Assembly (NCBI GenBank): GCA_022785155.1
Contig: JALFRH010000053.1
Coordinates: 1-56,268, forward strand
DNA: 56,268 bases
Direction: 5' to 3'
Source of the DNA: Spirochaetales bacterium
Lineage (GTDB): Bacteria > Spirochaetota > Spirochaetia > Sphaerochaetales > Sphaerochaetaceae
Shown: positions 54,677 to 56,268 of the stretch, piece after piece
Layout of the letters: each line of letters begins with the position of its first letter
Position numbering within the stretch: the stretch's first letter is position 1
Position numbers and translations under genes: made by a program
Notes under the pieces: model-generated
The model's database searches: none
What the model was told of the DNA's origin: nothing
Seen by the model: the letters and a program-made list of their open reading frames with translations, nothing else

Positions 54677-56268
54677 TTACTTCTTGAGAAGGTCTGCAAA
54701 AGGATTATAAGAGTCGTCATCATCCTTAGTCTCAGCCATATACTTGGCCATCTCAGACTCCTGGCTTCTCTTGATCATTTCTCTGATGGAGAGAGAAAGC
54801 TTCTGCTTAGCGGAATCTACATCGATAACCATGGCTGTGATAGGCTGACCAATCTTCTCTTTATAGCTCTCGAGAACTGCATCTGTGTACTGCTCGTCTG
54901 GACCAACAAGGTTGTTCTTTCCGATAAGTCCTTCGATATCACCGATGACCTTTACAAATACACCGAATTCTGTGACGGAAGAAACTGTACCAGTAATTGT
55001 AGAGAACTTAGGATAGTCCTTCTTGAGTGTCTGCCAAGGGTTGCCTTCAAGCTGCTTGACTGAAAGCTTGATTCTTCTGTTGGCTGGTTCGACCTTTGTA
55101 ACAACTACTTCTACTGTATCACCTTCCTTGCAGAACTGATCCATGCTCTTGATCTTCTTTGTCCAAGAGATGTCATCAATGTGCAGGAATCCGTCGATAC
55201 CTTCTTCGAGGTTGATGAAAGCACCACTGTTTGTAACCTTTACAACTGGACCGGAGATAACCTTACCAACTGGATATCTTTCTTCAATTGTATCCCATGG
55301 GTTTTCCTCAAGCTGCTTGAGACCAAGTGATACTCTCTTGCTGTCCAAGTCCCAGCCGAGAATCTTTGCTTCAACAACATCACCGATGTTGACGATTTCT
55401 TTAGGATTGGTAATTCTCTTTGTCCAAGAAAGTTCGGAGATATGGGCAAGACCTTCGATACCAGGCTCGATTTCAATAAATACACCGAAGTTGGCAATCT
55501 TTGTTACAGGTCTCTTTACGACATCGCCAATATGATACTTCTGGTCGAATGTTGACCATGGATCTGGCTCCATTGCCTTCAAGGAAAGATTGATCTTCTG
55601 TGTTTCAGGATCGATGTTGATGAGCTTGAGCTGAACAATCTGACCCTTCTTTACGAAATCCTTTGGTCTTGTGACATGACCCCAAGACATATCGTTGATA
55701 TGGAGAAGACCATCGAAGCCACCGAGATCAATGAAGGCACCGAAGGAAGTGAAGGACTTGACAACGCCCTGTACCACATCACCAACGTGAGCAGCTTCGA
55801 AGAACTGCTGTCTGTTCTCCTTGATCTTGTTCTCAAGATACTCTCTTCTTGAAACAACGCTCTTAAGTTTTGTTCCGTTATGGAACTTGTCGATGATGAA
55901 GTAGTCTGTCTTTCCAACAAGAGTTTCAGGATCTTCAACTCTGACTACATCTGCCTGTGATAATGGGCCGAATCCCTTATAATCTGCTCCGAGATCAACT
56001 TCATAGCCACCCTTGATGACTTTGACGAACTTACCAAGAACTGGTGTTCTGTCTTCAGCAGCCTTCTTGAGGACTTCGGTTCTCTCTTTGGCTTCAGCTC
56101 TTTTCTTTGATACAACAACCTGTCCGCGACCATTGTCAAGCTTAAGGATTGTGAGGGCGACCTTGTCTCCAATCTTTGGGAGTTCGATGAACTCATCTAC
56201 TGGGACCTGACCCTCAGACTTATAGCCGATGTCAACGAGGACAGTCTCGTCATTTGTCTGTACTACAG
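54677..56268 (-). CDS. rpsA: 30S ribosomal protein S1, C-terminal part; the gene continues past the window end
   Basis: Repeated S1 domains (G.V.G.V...T.FGAF..L..G.EGL.HISE). The reading frame stays open from 55777 to 56268 (..VVQTNDETVLVDIGYKSEGQVP..). The track M at 55777 is an internal GTG. Confidence 0.9.
   Translation of the reverse strand, partial: VVQTNDETVLVDIGYKSEGQVPVDEFIELPKIGDKVALTILKLDNGRGQVVVSKKRAEAKERTEVLKKAAEDRTPVLGKFVKVIKGGYEVDLGADYKGFGPLSQADVVRVEDPETLVGKTDYFIIDKFHNGTKLKSVVSRREYLENKIKENRQQFFEAAHVGDVVQGVVKSFTSFGAFIDLGGFDGLLHINDMSWGHVTRPKDFVKKGQIVQLKLINIDPETQKINLSLKAMEPDPWSTFDQKYHIGDVVKRPVTKIANFGVFIEIEPGIEGLAHISELSWTKRITNPKEIVNIGDVVEAKILGWDLDSKRVSLGLKQLEENPWDTIEERYPVGKVISGPVVKVTNSGAFINLEEGIDGFLHIDDISWTKKIKSMDQFCKEGDTVEVVVTKVEPANRRIKLSVKQLEGNPWQTLKKDYPKFSTITGTVSSVTEFGVFVKVIGDIEGLIGKNNLVGPDEQYTDAVLESYKEKIGQPITAMVIDVDSAKQKLSLSIREMIKRSQESEMAKYMAETKDDDDSYNPFADLLKK

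Noticed and set aside
54443-55063. A 206-aa + strand ORF bridging the TPR-protein and rpsA genes.
   Set aside because: It is antisense to two well-supported minus-strand genes and crosses their intergenic region.

Overview
This 56.3-kb window is mostly conserved housekeeping chromosome. By eye it is moderately AT-rich. Gene content suggests a spirochaete of Treponema-like type: orphan groES, a Pur-alpha/Bpur-like protein, pyruvate phosphate dikinase, an Hk2/Rrp2-like histidine kinase and sigma-54 activator pair, and S..C-type lipoboxes. That assignment is inference only.

I can support about 50 protein genes:
- Replication, recombination and chromosome maintenance: holB, a dinG-like helicase, rnhB, smc, dnaG.
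- Transcription, translation and protein handling: secA 5' end, groES, an alternative sigma-70-family factor, tsaD, ffh, the rpsP-KH-rimM-trmD-rplS operon, rpoD, and an rpsA fragment.
- Regulation: a histidine kinase plus sigma-54 enhancer-binding response regulator.
- Metabolism and transport: ppdK, an acyl-CoA ligase, tctCBA, a DUF368 protein, a YbiT-like ABC-F ATPase, coaX, two M29 aminopeptidases, serC, coaD, mazG, and a CrtI-like/FNR-like oxidoreductase pair.

RNA genes are five tRNAs (Thr-CGT, Gln-CTG, Glu-CTC, Gly-TCC, Tyr-GTA) and RNase P RNA. There is one clear MerR-family pseudogene.

The most unusual locus is the 1.07-kb ORF-free interval just downstream of tRNA-Thr (18665-19741).
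- It holds seven copies of a 22-bp motif, arranged as four direct, two inverted and one degenerate copy.
- The outermost pair extends to a 29-bp imperfect inverted repeat.
- Two copies can form a 22-bp long-range helix that closes a hairpin-dense core of about 580 nt that looks comparatively G+C-rich.
- I read this as a candidate large structured ncRNA, a non-autonomous mobile element with multi-site ends, or both.

Other points worth a second look:
- An Rrp2-RpoN-RpoS-like arrangement, with a -24/-12-like promoter in front of the alternative sigma gene.
- A cytoplasmic BspA-type LRR protein fused to a J-domain.
- Two paralogous surface proteins that combine a lipobox, an uncharacterised repeated domain and a C-terminal beta-barrel.
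- A perfect 27-bp in-frame repeat just before the Walker A motif of the ABC-F ATPase.
- An 0.8-kb ORF-free gap upstream of mazG.

I found no CRISPR array, no rRNA and no intact transposase or integrase.
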